A DNA stretch of 64,000 nucleotides from an uncultured Porphyromonadaceae bacterium (GTDB lineage Bacteria; Bacteroidota; Bacteroidia; Bacteroidales; Muribaculaceae): contig URSD01000010.1 in the NCBI GenBank assembly GCA_900550395.1, forward strand, positions 2,610 to 66,609. Reading direction: 5' to 3'. Positions 27,743 to 37,441 of this stretch are shown piece after piece. How positions within the stretch are numbered: the first letter of the stretch is position 1; each line of letters begins with the position of its first letter. Both the position numbers and the translations under genes were made by a program. The notes beneath the pieces are model-generated. The model searched no databases. It was given only the letters and a program-made list of their open reading frames with translations, and was not told the origin of the DNA.

Positions 27743-29299
27743 TTACTGCTTGTCGGCGGCGGCGTCGGCGGCAGGTTCGGCGGCCGGTGCGGCTTTTTTC
27801 TCGGGGCGCATCTGCGGGAAGAGAAGCACCTCCTGGATGGCCGTCTGGCCCGTCATGAGCATGACGAGGCGGTCCATGCCTATGCCCATGCCCGATGTGG
27901 GGGGCATGCCGTACTCCAGGGCGCGGATGAAGTCGTGGTCGATGATCATGGCCTCGTCGTCGCCCTTCTCGCCGAGGCGCATCTGCTCCACGAAGCGCTC
28001 GTACTGGTCGATGGGGTCGTTGAGCTCCGAGTAGGCGTTGCACAGCTCCTTGCCGTTCACCATGAGTTCGAAGCGCTCGGTGAGCTCGGGGTTGTCGCGG
28101 TGGCGCTTGGTAAGCGGCGACATTTCTATGGGATAGTCGGTGATGAAGGTGGGCTGTATGTAGTGTCCCTCGCACTTCTCGCCGAAGATTTCGTCGATGA
28201 GCTTGCCTTTGCCCATGCCCGGGTCGGTCTCCACTCCGAGGCGCGCGCAGAGGTCGCGGAGCTGCTGCTCGTCCATGCCGGTGATGTCGGCGCCGGTGTG
28301 CTCCAGGATGGCCTCGGCCATGGTGACGCGGCGGAAAGGCGCCTTGAAGCTGATGACGTTGTCGCCCACCTGCACATCGGTGGTGCCGTTCACCTCCAGG
28401 CAGATACGCTCAAGCATCTGCTCGGTGAAGCGCATCATCCAGTTGTAGTCCTTGTAGCTGACGTAGATCTCCATGCAGGTGAACTCGGGGTTGTGCGTGC
28501 GGTCCATGCCCTCGTTGCGGAAGTTCTTGGAGAACTCATACACGCCCTCGAAGCCGCCCACGATCAGGCGCTTCAGGTAGAGCTCGTCGGCGATGCGCAG
28601 GTACAGCGGAATGTCGAGCGCGTTGTGGTGGGTGATGAAGGGGCGCGCCGAGGCGCCGCCGGGAATGCTCTGCAGTATCGGCGTCTCCACCTCGATGTAG
28701 CCGTGCTCGTTGAAGTAGTTGCGCATGGAGGTGTACACCTTGGTGCGCTTCAGGAAGATGTCGCGCACGCCGGGGTTTACCACAAGGTCGACGTAGCGGC
28801 GGCGGTAGCGCAGCTCCGGGTCGTCGAAGGCGTCGTAGGTCTTGCCGTCCTTCACCTTGACTACGGGCAGAGGCCGCAGCGACTTTGCCAGCACCGTGAG
28901 GCTGGAAGCGTGGACGGAAATCTCGCCCGTCTGCGTGCGGAACACGTGGCCCGTCACGCCGATGAAGTCGCCGATGTCCAGCAGCTTCTTGAAGACGGTG
29001 TTGTATAGCTCCTTGTCCTCGCCGGGGCAGATGTCGTCGCGCGAGATGTACACCTGTATGCGTCCGTGGCTGTCCTGGAGCTGGAGGAAGGACGCCTTGC
29101 CCATGATGCGGCGCGTCATGATGCGGCCGGCCACGCACACCTCGCGCACCGGCGCGTCGGGCGCGTCGTCGAAGTTGGCGCGGATGTCGTCGCTGTAGGC
29201 GTCGACGGGGTATTCTGCTGCGGGATAGGGCTCGATGCCCATAGCGCGCATGGTATCAAGACTTTTGCGGCGGATGATTTCCTGTTCGCTGAGTTCCAT
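27743..29299 (-). CDS. lysS: Lysine-tRNA ligase (class II)
   Basis: [51 protein letters not shown]. Confidence 0.98.
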   Translation of the reverse strand: MELSEQEIIRRKSLDTMRAMGIEPYPAAEYPVDAYSDDIRANFDDAPDAPVREVCVAGRIMTRRIMGKASFLQLQDSHGRIQVYISRDDICPGEDKELYNTVFKKLLDIGDFIGVTGHVFRTQTGEISVHASSLTVLAKSLRPLPVVKVKDGKTYDAFDDPELRYRRRYVDLVVNPGVRDIFLKRTKVYTSMRNYFNEHGYIEVETPILQSIPGGASARPFITHHNALDIPLYLRIADELYLKRLIVGGFEGVYEFSKNFRNEGMDRTHNPEFTCMEIYVSYKDYNWMMRFTEQMLERICLEVNGTTDVQVGDNVISFKAPFRRVTMAEAILEHTGADITGMDEQQLRDLCARLGVETDPGMGKGKLIDEIFGEKCEGHYIQPTFITDYPIEMSPLTKRHRDNPELTERFELMVNGKELCNAYSELNDPIDQYERFVEQMRLGEKGDDEAMIIDHDFIRALEYGMPPTSGMGIGMDRLVMLMTGQTAIQEVLLFPQMRPEKKAAPAAEPAADAAADKQ

Positions 29300-29469
29300 A
29301 TTGTTGCGGGTAGGTTATGTCGTGTTGTTTGTGCAAAGATAATGCTTTTTTGCGAAGTAGGCAAAAGATAGGCAGTTGCGTGTAAATTAACAAAACCGGC
29401 TTAACAGCTTTTATAATGCTTTAACGCGTTAATTAACAATTCGTTGCGAGAAAATTCGTAACTTTGCAC

Positions 29470-29627
29470 CACGAAGATAAGTCCGCCCCTGCGGACGGAC
29501 GATTATCGGATTACCTCGTGTTGGATGTGAAACAGCAGACCCCGCGCGTCCCGCGCCGGGCTGCTGCGAAAAAATACTTGAATTTTGGTTATGAGGGAGG
29601 TGCGCTGCTGTGAAGCAGTGCACTTTT
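29470..29627 (+). ncRNA. Candidate structured small RNA divergent from lysS
   Basis: TAACTTTG at 29459-29466; hairpins CACGA/TCGTG, GATAA/TTATC, GTCCG/CGGAC, CAGCAG/CTGCTG; terminator GGTGCGCTGCT-GTGA-AGCAGTGCACT-TTT. Confidence 0.55.
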
Positions 29628-29652
29628 CGCGTATATGCGGATCTGTCCGGAG

Positions 29653-31386
29653 TTAAGGAAGTGCTACGATCTTGTCTGAGAAAGCTTTCCAGCCGTCGGC
29701 CTCTTTGTATTTGTCAACGCTGCTTTTCGGTACGCGGATTTCCTTAAGGCTTGCTGAACTGAAGTCTTCGTCGGGATTAAAATGGGGAGGAGTTGCAGCG
29801 TAGCTTATGATTGTTTCCAGTTTAGTCAGCGATGAAAAGACATAAAGCCCGAATCCTATGAAGTTTTCATGAATGATAAGTCTTTTAAGTTTTCCAAGCC
29901 CCGAAAAAGCGTAGTTTTGAGTGAACAATGCCTGATCCGGAATTCTATATTCTGTAAGATTGCATCCGGCAATTATGTCAATCATATCAGATTTTTCTGT
30001 CACTACACCGTATGCAGAAGTAGAATAAAGAGCATGGCGGTCTTTGTCGATATGCGGGCAGTCCCCGTCCCAATGGTCCAGTTTGGAGGTGCTTTCTCTG
30101 AAAATGTAGGCCCCGATTATAGTTACTGTTCCGGGAATGTAAACAGATTCAAGATTCGGGCATTCACCGAAGACCTGAAGACCAAGTGATTCAAGGCCGT
30201 CATTAAGAACAACTTTTCTCAGCCTGTTACATTTAAAGAATGCATCTGTCCCTATGATTCGCAGACCGTTAGGCGCATCAAAGGTCTCTATGGCTGCATT
30301 TTCAAAGCTACTCATGGCAATTTCCTGAACTGAATCGGGAAGCTTCACAAAGGTCACATACTCCGGAGACTTAAACAGGGGGCCTCCGATTTTCACAATC
30401 GGCGATTGGGTCGTGATTACTCCGAGTCGATTGCTTTTCGAGAAAGAGTGTGAGATTATAGGTGTGTCTAAATCCGCTTTGTCTGAGATGTCTTGCTGGC
30501 CGTCGGATTTATACCAGATTTCATTTTCTTTGGTCTCGTAGCTGTTGAAATCAAAAGGAACGCTTATTTCATACGGCTTGACGGCTCTCATGACAGCGCG
30601 TTCAAAAGATAATGCCCCCAATACGCGTGTCTCGGTTCGGCCTTCAAATTGGAATTCCAGTTTAAGGCCGTTTTCATAAGTCGCCGCCGGGATTGGCAAA
30701 TAAATATCTTGAGGATTATCTGAAAGAAATATGGCGCCGGTGTTTATGGTCAGCGTGGTCTCGGCGTCCTCTATCAGGAGGCTTGGGATATTGTTCTTGT
30801 CGGTTATAATACGCCCGTTTCCACTCATTCCAAGTCCGTCGGGGGAACTGATTGATATTCCCCTTAGCAGGCCGTTGCCCTGTACGGAGATTTTTATAAC
30901 ACTCATTAGGTTATAAAAATTCAATGATCCGTCAGACCCCTGTGCGAACATAGGCATTGCACCGCATAGTATTTGCTGTGCGTTGTAACTGATGGTAGAC
31001 GGAAGGCAGACTTTTATGGAGGTCGAAGTCCGTTCTCTGAATATATCGAACGGATAGACGGCTGTAATCATGCTGTAATTGTCAGGAACCGGTCCATAGA
31101 ACACGGCGCTTGCACTGTTCTCTCCTGTCAGAAGATTAAAACGCGCAGCCGTATCAGCTCCGTCAAAGCACATTGCAATCTGGTCTTCCTTGTTCCATTT
31201 GGACCAATATACGGTAAGGCCATGCTCAAAATAAGTGCGCGACAGTGATGTGTCCCGACTCTCGGTGTTGCATGTGATTTGTCCTGCCCTATCCACGTCC
31301 AGGCCGGGACAAAATCCGAAATCCTCGTTGCTGCAAGCAGTTATGACTGTCAGGAGCAGGCAACTTATATATTTATAGAGGCTCAT
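29653..31386 (-). CDS. Lipoprotein: fimbrillin-like N-terminus plus BspA-type leucine-rich repeats
   Basis: Lipobox ITAC; SRT..VYW, AVYP, PMFA..LNFYNL fimbrillin motifs; LP.S...I...AF..C..L repeats; VPKSSVDKYKEADGW tail; AT-rich. Confidence 0.8.
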   Translation of the reverse strand: MSLYKYISCLLLTVITACSNEDFGFCPGLDVDRAGQITCNTESRDTSLSRTYFEHGLTVYWSKWNKEDQIAMCFDGADTAARFNLLTGENSASAVFYGPVPDNYSMITAVYPFDIFRERTSTSIKVCLPSTISYNAQQILCGAMPMFAQGSDGSLNFYNLMSVIKISVQGNGLLRGISISSPDGLGMSGNGRIITDKNNIPSLLIEDAETTLTINTGAIFLSDNPQDIYLPIPAATYENGLKLEFQFEGRTETRVLGALSFERAVMRAVKPYEISVPFDFNSYETKENEIWYKSDGQQDISDKADLDTPIISHSFSKSNRLGVITTQSPIVKIGGPLFKSPEYVTFVKLPDSVQEIAMSSFENAAIETFDAPNGLRIIGTDAFFKCNRLRKVVLNDGLESLGLQVFGECPNLESVYIPGTVTIIGAYIFRESTSKLDHWDGDCPHIDKDRHALYSTSAYGVVTEKSDMIDIIAGCNLTEYRIPDQALFTQNYAFSGLGKLKRLIIHENFIGFGLYVFSSLTKLETIISYAATPPHFNPDEDFSSASLKEIRVPKSSVDKYKEADGWKAFSDKIVALP

Positions 31387-31393
31387 AGTAAGT

Positions 31394-32602
31394 TTAGTTT
31401 TCAATTTCTTCTCCGATATAGATGTTCTCAATCTGTCCGCTGCTGCAGGTCTTGCCGAGAGGAATGGAAATGCAATTGTCGGCATACCAGCATGCATCCG
31501 AGTAGTTCAGATTAGCTTCATTTCGTTCCAGTACGACAAGCAGACGAAGGTTGGACTTATTTGCATCAGGTGGTACAGAACCAGTCAGCGAAATCCCCTT
31601 TTGAGATACAGTTGTCTGTAATATCTGACCGCTGACCGGAGTCAAAGCTCCTACTAAAACGCCATTGTGACAGTAATCTGAAATCTCTCCGTCGGTTTCT
31701 GACATTTGTGGCCTGATTAAGTTGTCTTCAAGGACGAATGCCAATAAGCGGTATTCCCCTGCCTTTACCGGTTGGAATGTTATGTAAGCATGAATTGTGC
31801 CGTCAGACATGGAGGCCTTACATCCTATGGATGACCATTTGGTTGAGTAGTCTTCGCTTATAGAAGTTTTATATAAGATAAGATTCCAGAAATAATCAAC
31901 GGAGACGTTGCCGTCCGACATATTGTCGACTTTAAAGTAATTTTCAAAATATCCGGTAGGCGTTGTGTTGTTGTATAGTTCTGATAACTCTACAGACAGC
32001 GGAGTGTATAATTCGCTGTTCTTGACATGTATACGCATTGGAAGAATGGGGTAATCCCATCGCTTCTGTATTTCTGTCAATGTCCGGTCCATGTCGGGAG
32101 AGTGCGGGCACCAGGTCGCAGTAAAGAATGGATAATACGTATGCTTCGACAAAGTGCTGACATCCAGAGCTTCGTCGGATTTTATTGCGCACTGGTTTAC
32201 GATTATGTTGCCTATTATCCTTTTGTCGGAATGGAGTATGGAGACGGTTGCCGACCTTTCACCGGATTTGGAATTTGGCATTGCAGTGATTTTCAGGATA
32301 TTACCCTCGATAGACGCACTGCACCATGAATGCGTGCATTCGGCAGTCCATTTGCCGTCGGTCAGTCCGTGTATGACGCAAGCGAAAGTGTCGCCTTCGT
32401 TTGGCAGCGTGAGAGAAGTAAATGACAGTCCAGGCACCGGCAGCTTTTCCTGGGGTTGATCCGGCTTTTCGGGTTCGGTGGGAGTCGGGTTTTCCGGTGT
32501 TGGCTTGGATGGCGCCTCGGGAGAATCCTCGCCACATCCTGTGATGTATACCGCAGAAAATAGTAAGAGAAGAGAGGCGTACAATAATCGCATTTTATTC
32601 AT
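31394..32602 (-). CDS. Lipoprotein: BACON domain plus Omp28-like/thioredoxin-like domain
   Basis: Lipobox ITGC, Pro-rich linker, W.A...SWC...N....RSATV BACON motif, FTATWCPHS, LLAFVLEDNL..PQ...YCHNGVL. Confidence 0.8.
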   Translation of the reverse strand: MNKMRLLYASLLLLFSAVYITGCGEDSPEAPSKPTPENPTPTEPEKPDQPQEKLPVPGLSFTSLTLPNEGDTFACVIHGLTDGKWTAECTHSWCSASIEGNILKITAMPNSKSGERSATVSILHSDKRIIGNIIVNQCAIKSDEALDVSTLSKHTYYPFFTATWCPHSPDMDRTLTEIQKRWDYPILPMRIHVKNSELYTPLSVELSELYNNTTPTGYFENYFKVDNMSDGNVSVDYFWNLILYKTSISEDYSTKWSSIGCKASMSDGTIHAYITFQPVKAGEYRLLAFVLEDNLIRPQMSETDGEISDYCHNGVLVGALTPVSGQILQTTVSQKGISLTGSVPPDANKSNLRLLVVLERNEANLNYSDACWYADNCISIPLGKTCSSGQIENIYIGEEIEN

Positions 32603-32661
32603 AATGGCTTTTGTCTCTCATTGCCTCGGTCATCCTCTCGTCGGCATTAGATTGGTATGTG

Positions 32662-32919
32662 AAAAAGCGTAGGAATCTGTATCTGTTACCGTCCTACGAA
32701 CAGAGGCTTCTCGCATTGCCCTATCAAAGTCGGACGGCAACGAAGAAGCCCTACGCTTATATATGCAACGAGTGCATCTGGCTTTGTGCGTCACTCGAAG
32801 CCAAGCCGATGCAAAGGATTACATATCCACATGGGCATCTATCGTTGCACAATCCCTGACTTTGATATGAAATTTTGCGAGAATTTCTGTCCGTCAAGAA
32901 TCAGCGCGGATAAACGCTT
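32662..32919 (-). ncRNA. Structured leader RNA, copy B
   Basis: Homologous to 18331-18584; helices TCTCGCA/TGCGAGA, ATCAAAGTC/GACTTTGAT, GCAACGA/TCGTTGC, GCCC/GGGC; terminator CGTAGGA/TCCTACG-C-T5; promoter-like TATATTCG at 32980-32987. Confidence 0.75.
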
Positions 32920-33075
32920 TTTATTATGTCATGCCCCGCCCCCAATCCCCCTGACCGGGGCTTCGGACGGTCGGCGCTGCGAATATACAAAAAAATATAA
33001 AACTGAGCAACTTGACATTGAAAAAGTCAAAAAACTGCGCCATAATATTCAGTTGCAGTAATATTGATTTTATCA

Positions 33076-33233
33076 CTCTTACCTATTCCCCCTCAACTAT
33101 CAACTCAAAGAAGAAAAGGAAGCTCGTGGCCGTGATTATTCATGTTATCCCCGCCAAATTATAATCAACTCTGTTATTTTTGTCATCTCTGTATTTTTGT
33201 ATCAATAACGCCTAACTTCACACTCCTCACTCC
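33076..33233. repeat. Composite intergenic repeat members
   Basis: Reverse complement of 33076-33105 is AGTTGATAGTTGAGGGGGAATAGGTAAGAG; 33172-33233 has 9-bp-period arm and ACTCC heptamers. Confidence 0.65.
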
Positions 33234-33257
33234 AAGGAGGCAATAATTATTAATGTG

Positions 33258-33572
33258 TCAGTGGCTGACGACATCGTTGAGGCGGTCGCGGGTGTCGGGG
33301 CGGAAGGCACGGGCGGCACGGATGGAGTCGCGGCGATGGCGGCGCAGGGAGTCACGGCGCGCCCGGGCGGCGGTGCGCACTTCCAGGATGCTGTCGCTGC
33401 GGCGCTGCGCCGAGTCGATGCGCGCCTGGCGGATGGAGTCGCGGCGCGCGGCGTCGTCGGCAGCCGGGCCGGAGCCGCCGCCGAGCAGAAAGTGAAGCAG
33501 CACGGGCACGACGATGCAGAGCAGCAGCACCGTCATGCCCGTGGTTTCGGCCGATGTGAAGCGACGGCTCAT
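33258..33572 (-). CDS. Small membrane-anchored hypothetical protein
   Basis: Overlaps upstream stop by 4 nt; N-terminal TM; RRDSI/RRDSL repeats. Confidence 0.6.
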   Translation of the reverse strand: MSRRFTSAETTGMTVLLLCIVVPVLLHFLLGGGSGPAADDAARRDSIRQARIDSAQRRSDSILEVRTAARARRDSLRRHRRDSIRAARAFRPDTRDRLNDVVSH

Positions 33573-34576
33573 TTGTCTGCCATCGCGGCGCGCACGGCAG
33601 CGCGCAGCTCGTCGTCCTGCTTGTCGCGGCTGATGATGGTGCCGTCGGGTCCGTAAAGGATGATGCAGGGTATGCCCATGATGCCGTAGAGGTCGGTGGG
33701 CACGTTGCCGCCGTTAAGCCAGCATTCCCAGGGGAGGTCGTGCTTCTTTATGGCGGCGAGGGTGGCGTCCGGCTCGTCCCACACGGCTACGCCGAGCACC
33801 TTGAGGCCCTTGTCCTTGAACTCATTATAAAGCTCCTTTATGACGGCCGTCTGCCGGATGCAGGGTCCGCACCAGCTAGCCCAGTAGTCCACGAGCACAT
33901 AGTCGCCCCGGCCCACGACGTCGCTCAGGCGGTGCTTCGTGCCCTGGTATTCTATCTCAAAGTCAGTGAAGGGCTTGCCCTCGGCCGTGGCTTCCTGGCG
34001 GGAGAACGAGTCGGCGTAGCGGCGCACGCGCTCGTACTTGCCCAGCTCGGGGTACTTCTCAAGCGCGGCGGCGAACTCCCCGCGGTTCAGTCCGCCGGCC
34101 TGCTGGAGGAAGAGATAGTAGCCTATGGGGTTGTCTATGTTGTCGGCCATCTCGCGCTGCATCAGGGCCTCGTAGGCTTCGTAGATTTTCTGCTGCGTGG
34201 CCTCGTCGGGGGCGGTGCGGAAGCGCATGGCGAGCGCGTTGGCCGAGTCGCCTATCTGGTTTAGGCGGTCGTTGAGCATGGAGCCGGAGGCGTTGCGGTC
34301 CTTGCCTATGGCGGTGCCGCCCTCCTCCAGGATGAAGGTGGCGTAGCGCTCGCCGTCGAGGAGCAGTCGGGCGAGGACGGGCTCGTCGATGGTGCCGCGG
34401 AACTCGGCCACGCCGTCGGCCACGAGGACGGAGTCTATGCCGGCCCCCGTGTCGTAGTTGACGAGATAAACCATCGCGCCCTCGGCGTCGTCGGCCATGG
34501 GGGCTGTCACGTGGTAGGGGGCTGCGTATGCGGCGGTTGCGGCCATAGCTGCCGCGAGAGAAAGAATTTTCTTCAT
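33569..34576 (-). CDS. DUF4369 plus TlpA disulfide reductase
   Basis: Signal peptide MKKILSL; VLVDYWASWCGPC; YGIMGIPCIIL. Confidence 0.9.
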   Translation of the reverse strand: MKKILSLAAAMAATAAYAAPYHVTAPMADDAEGAMVYLVNYDTGAGIDSVLVADGVAEFRGTIDEPVLARLLLDGERYATFILEEGGTAIGKDRNASGSMLNDRLNQIGDSANALAMRFRTAPDEATQQKIYEAYEALMQREMADNIDNPIGYYLFLQQAGGLNRGEFAAALEKYPELGKYERVRRYADSFSRQEATAEGKPFTDFEIEYQGTKHRLSDVVGRGDYVLVDYWASWCGPCIRQTAVIKELYNEFKDKGLKVLGVAVWDEPDATLAAIKKHDLPWECWLNGGNVPTDLYGIMGIPCIILYGPDGTIISRDKQDDELRAAVRAAMADK

Positions 34577-34676
34577 GATAGTGCGTTTTGTAAACTGTTT
34601 AGCTGCAAAAATAAGCATAAAATTTGAATATATCGCAGAATTTTACGAACTTTACCCATTCCAAAACGTCACTCCC

Positions 34677-35852
34677 ATGCCAGCACCCACCCCGCTTGAA
34701 CAGTTACTTGCCGTCGCCACGCAGGCGCGCACCGTATCCATCGGTCTCCCCGCCAGCGAGAGCGCCTACGAGCGCCGCTTCGCCGTGACGCCCGAGGGGG
34801 CCGGCGCCCTGGTGGCGCGCGGCTTCCGTCTGCTCATGCAGGCCGGTGCCGGCGAGTGCATCCACTATCCCGACCACGCCTATGCGCGGCAGGGCGTGGA
34901 GGTGACCGACCGGGCCGGGGCCATGGCCTGCGACATCGTGCTGCACCTGCCGGCCGTAACGCCGGCCGACGCGCGCCTGCTGCGCCGCGGGGCCATGGTG
35001 CTGACGCTGCTGCATCCGGCGCGGCAAGACGCACAGGCCCTGCGCATGCTGCTGGGCAAGCACGTGATAGCGCTGGCCCTGGACCTGGTGACAAACGAGC
35101 AGGGGCGCCGCCCCTTCGCCGACGTGCTGCACGAGATTGACGGCCGCGCGGCCATAGCCATGGCTTCGTCGCTGCTGGCCGACTCGGTGCACGGCAAGGG
35201 CATACTCCTGGGCGGCGTGCCGGGAGTGGTGCCGTGCGAGGTGATGATAGTGGGAAGCGACATCGCCGCCCGCGCCGCCGCCCGTTCGGCCGTGGGGCTG
35301 GGCGCCGTGGTGCGCATGTTCGACGACGACGTGTACAGCCTGCGCGACGCCATGCACGAGCTCGGCCCCGCCGTCGTGGCCTCCACGCTCCACACGCGCG
35401 TGCTGTCCTCGGCGCTGCGCACGGCCGACATCGTGGTGGTGACCTCCACGCAGCGGCCTTTCGTGCTGGACGAGGGTCAGGTGCGCGACATGAAACGCGG
35501 AGTGATATGCTTCGACATCAGCCGCGGCGAGACGCCGGCCTTCCCCGGCCTGCCGCAGATCGACCTCGCCATGGCGAGTCCCTCCGACACCGACCCCTCC
35601 AACCCCCTGCGCCTCTGCTATATCAATGCCGGCAACGCCGTGGCGCGCTCGGCGGCAATGGCCCTGAGCGACACGCTGTTGACCCTGCTCGCCGACATCA
35701 TCACCTGCGACGGCGCCAGCAATGCCCTGAAGCTGAAGCCCGGCCTGCGCGACGCGGCCTACACCTTCCTGGGCAAGCCCGTCAACGAGCGCATAGCCCG
35801 CATCGTGGGCGTGCGCGCCGTCGATATAAACATCTTTCTGCAATTTTCATGA
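34677..35852 (+). CDS. Alanine dehydrogenase-like (AlaDH/PNT fold) protein, degenerate
   Basis: SIGLP.....ERRF.VTPEGA, Q.GAG....YPD..Y...G, GKGILLGGVPGV; Gly-rich NAD motif altered. Confidence 0.75.
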   Translation: MPAPTPLEQLLAVATQARTVSIGLPASESAYERRFAVTPEGAGALVARGFRLLMQAGAGECIHYPDHAYARQGVEVTDRAGAMACDIVLHLPAVTPADARLLRRGAMVLTLLHPARQDAQALRMLLGKHVIALALDLVTNEQGRRPFADVLHEIDGRAAIAMASSLLADSVHGKGILLGGVPGVVPCEVMIVGSDIAARAAARSAVGLGAVVRMFDDDVYSLRDAMHELGPAVVASTLHTRVLSSALRTADIVVVTSTQRPFVLDEGQVRDMKRGVICFDISRGETPAFPGLPQIDLAMASPSDTDPSNPLRLCYINAGNAVARSAAMALSDTLLTLLADIITCDGASNALKLKPGLRDAAYTFLGKPVNERIARIVGVRAVDINIFLQFS

Positions 35853-36502
35853 GTGCTCCGTCTTACGCAAGAAAATATTATGTTGTATGGGAAGGCCGCG
35901 CCCCCGGCGTCTACGACAGCTGGGAGGAGGCCGAGGCTCAGGTGAAGGGCTTCCCGGGCGCGCGCTATAAAGCCTTCTCCGACGCCGACACGGCCGTGGA
36001 GATGTTTCGCCGCGGTCCGGGCTCCGACCTCGACCTGATACGCGCCATAGCCTCGCACAGCCGCGAGAGCGTCAACTACGAGGCTTTTCCGGAAATCAGA
36101 CTCGACGCGCTGGCCGTGGACGGCGCCTGCTCGCGCAACCCCGGCCCGATGGAGTATCGCGGCGTGTGGGTGGCTACGGGCGAGGAACTGTTCCGCGTGG
36201 GGCCTCTCGAGGGCGGCACCAACAACATAGGCGAATATCTCGCCATCATCCACGCGGCGGCTCTGCTGGCGCAGAAGGGCATGCCGGCGGTGCCTGTCTA
36301 CTCCGACTCGCGCACGGCGCAGGCCTGGATACGCGCAGGCCGCGCCCGCACGACGGTGCGCCGCACGGCCGCCAACGGCCGGCTTATGGACATACTGGAG
36401 CGCGCCGACGCGTGGCTCGCCTCGCACCGCATCACCAATCCCATCCTCAAATGGGACACGGACAAGTGGGGCGAGATTCCCGCCGACTTCGGCCGCAAAT
36501 AG
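35849..36502 (+). CDS. rnhA: Ribonuclease HI with N-terminal viroplasmin (hybrid-binding) domain
   Basis: KYYVVWEGRAPGVYDSWEE, AVDGACSRNPGPMEYRGV, TNNIGEYLA, WGEIPADFGRK; ATG 35849 overlaps upstream stop. Confidence 0.95.
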   Translation: MSAPSYARKYYVVWEGRAPGVYDSWEEAEAQVKGFPGARYKAFSDADTAVEMFRRGPGSDLDLIRAIASHSRESVNYEAFPEIRLDALAVDGACSRNPGPMEYRGVWVATGEELFRVGPLEGGTNNIGEYLAIIHAAALLAQKGMPAVPVYSDSRTAQAWIRAGRARTTVRRTAANGRLMDILERADAWLASHRITNPILKWDTDKWGEIPADFGRK

Positions 36503-36515
36503 CGTCGGCTCAGCC

Positions 36516-37250
36516 ATGTACGAACAGCTGCACTGCATAGCGCTGCGCACCGTGCGCCACTCCGACCGCCAGTCGATACTCACGGCGTGGAGCCGCGAGC
36601 GCGGCCGCGTGGCGATAGCCATGCCGGCCGACAACGGGCGCGAGGCCCGGCGCCGCCGCGCGCTGACGATGCCGCTGTCGCTGTTCGAGGGCATGGACGC
36701 GTCGCGGCCGGGACGTGAGATAGTGCAGCTGCGCGAGCTGCGCCCCACGGCCGTGGCGGCATCGCTGCATCAGCATCCCGTCAAGGGCACGGTGGCGATG
36801 TTCCTGGCCGAGGTGCTGGACAATGTGCTGCGCATGGCGCAGCCCGACACACGCCTGTGGGATTTTTTGGAAGGGTCGGTGCGCGCGCTGGACACGTTGC
36901 AGGCGCCCGGTGCCGTAGCCAATTTCCACCTGTGGTTTCTGCGCGCACTTGCGACGCTTACTGGCGTGGCGCCCGATTTCGGCTCGTGGCGCCACGGCTC
37001 GGTGTTCGACATGCGCGAGGGGCTTTTCCGCATCACGCCTCCGCTGCACGGGCGCTACCTGCAGGCCGACGAGGCCCTGGCGGTGCGCCTGTTAGGCCGG
37101 CTGACGCCGACCAACATCGCGCGAGTGCATATCTCCCGCGAGGCGCGTGCGCGGATGCTCGACGGCATTCTGGAGTACTATGCGCTGCACGGCGCCCTCT
37201 CCTCAGCGTCCATGCGTAGCCTCGATGTCCTCCGAAGCCTGTTTGTTTAG
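36516..37250 (+). CDS. recO: DNA repair protein RecO
   Basis: IALRTVRHSD..SIL, HPVKG..AMFLAEVL, ANFHLWFL, FDMREG.F, EYY.LH. Confidence 0.88.
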   Translation: MYEQLHCIALRTVRHSDRQSILTAWSRERGRVAIAMPADNGREARRRRALTMPLSLFEGMDASRPGREIVQLRELRPTAVAASLHQHPVKGTVAMFLAEVLDNVLRMAQPDTRLWDFLEGSVRALDTLQAPGAVANFHLWFLRALATLTGVAPDFGSWRHGSVFDMREGLFRITPPLHGRYLQADEALAVRLLGRLTPTNIARVHISREARARMLDGILEYYALHGALSSASMRSLDVLRSLFV

Positions 37251-37410
37251 TTTATAGTTGATAGGGGATAGGTAAGAGGGGAGATTACTTTGGAGGGCGA
37301 GATACACAAGGACAAAAGGTCAAAAGCGACATAAGAATTATCATTGATTGATATTCAATAAATTAAAAAACTTTTGTCCCTTATGACATTATGTCTTTTT
37401 GTATCTCGCC
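37249..37410. repeat. 31-bp motif plus 40-bp imperfect inverted repeat with 9-bp periodicity
   Basis: AGTTTATAGTTGATAGGGGATAGGTAAGAGG at 37249; GGCGAGATACA...TGTATCTCGCC arms at 37296-37410. Confidence 0.75.
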
Positions 37411-37441
37411 ATGCTGTGCGTATCTCTCCATACTGTAAGTT

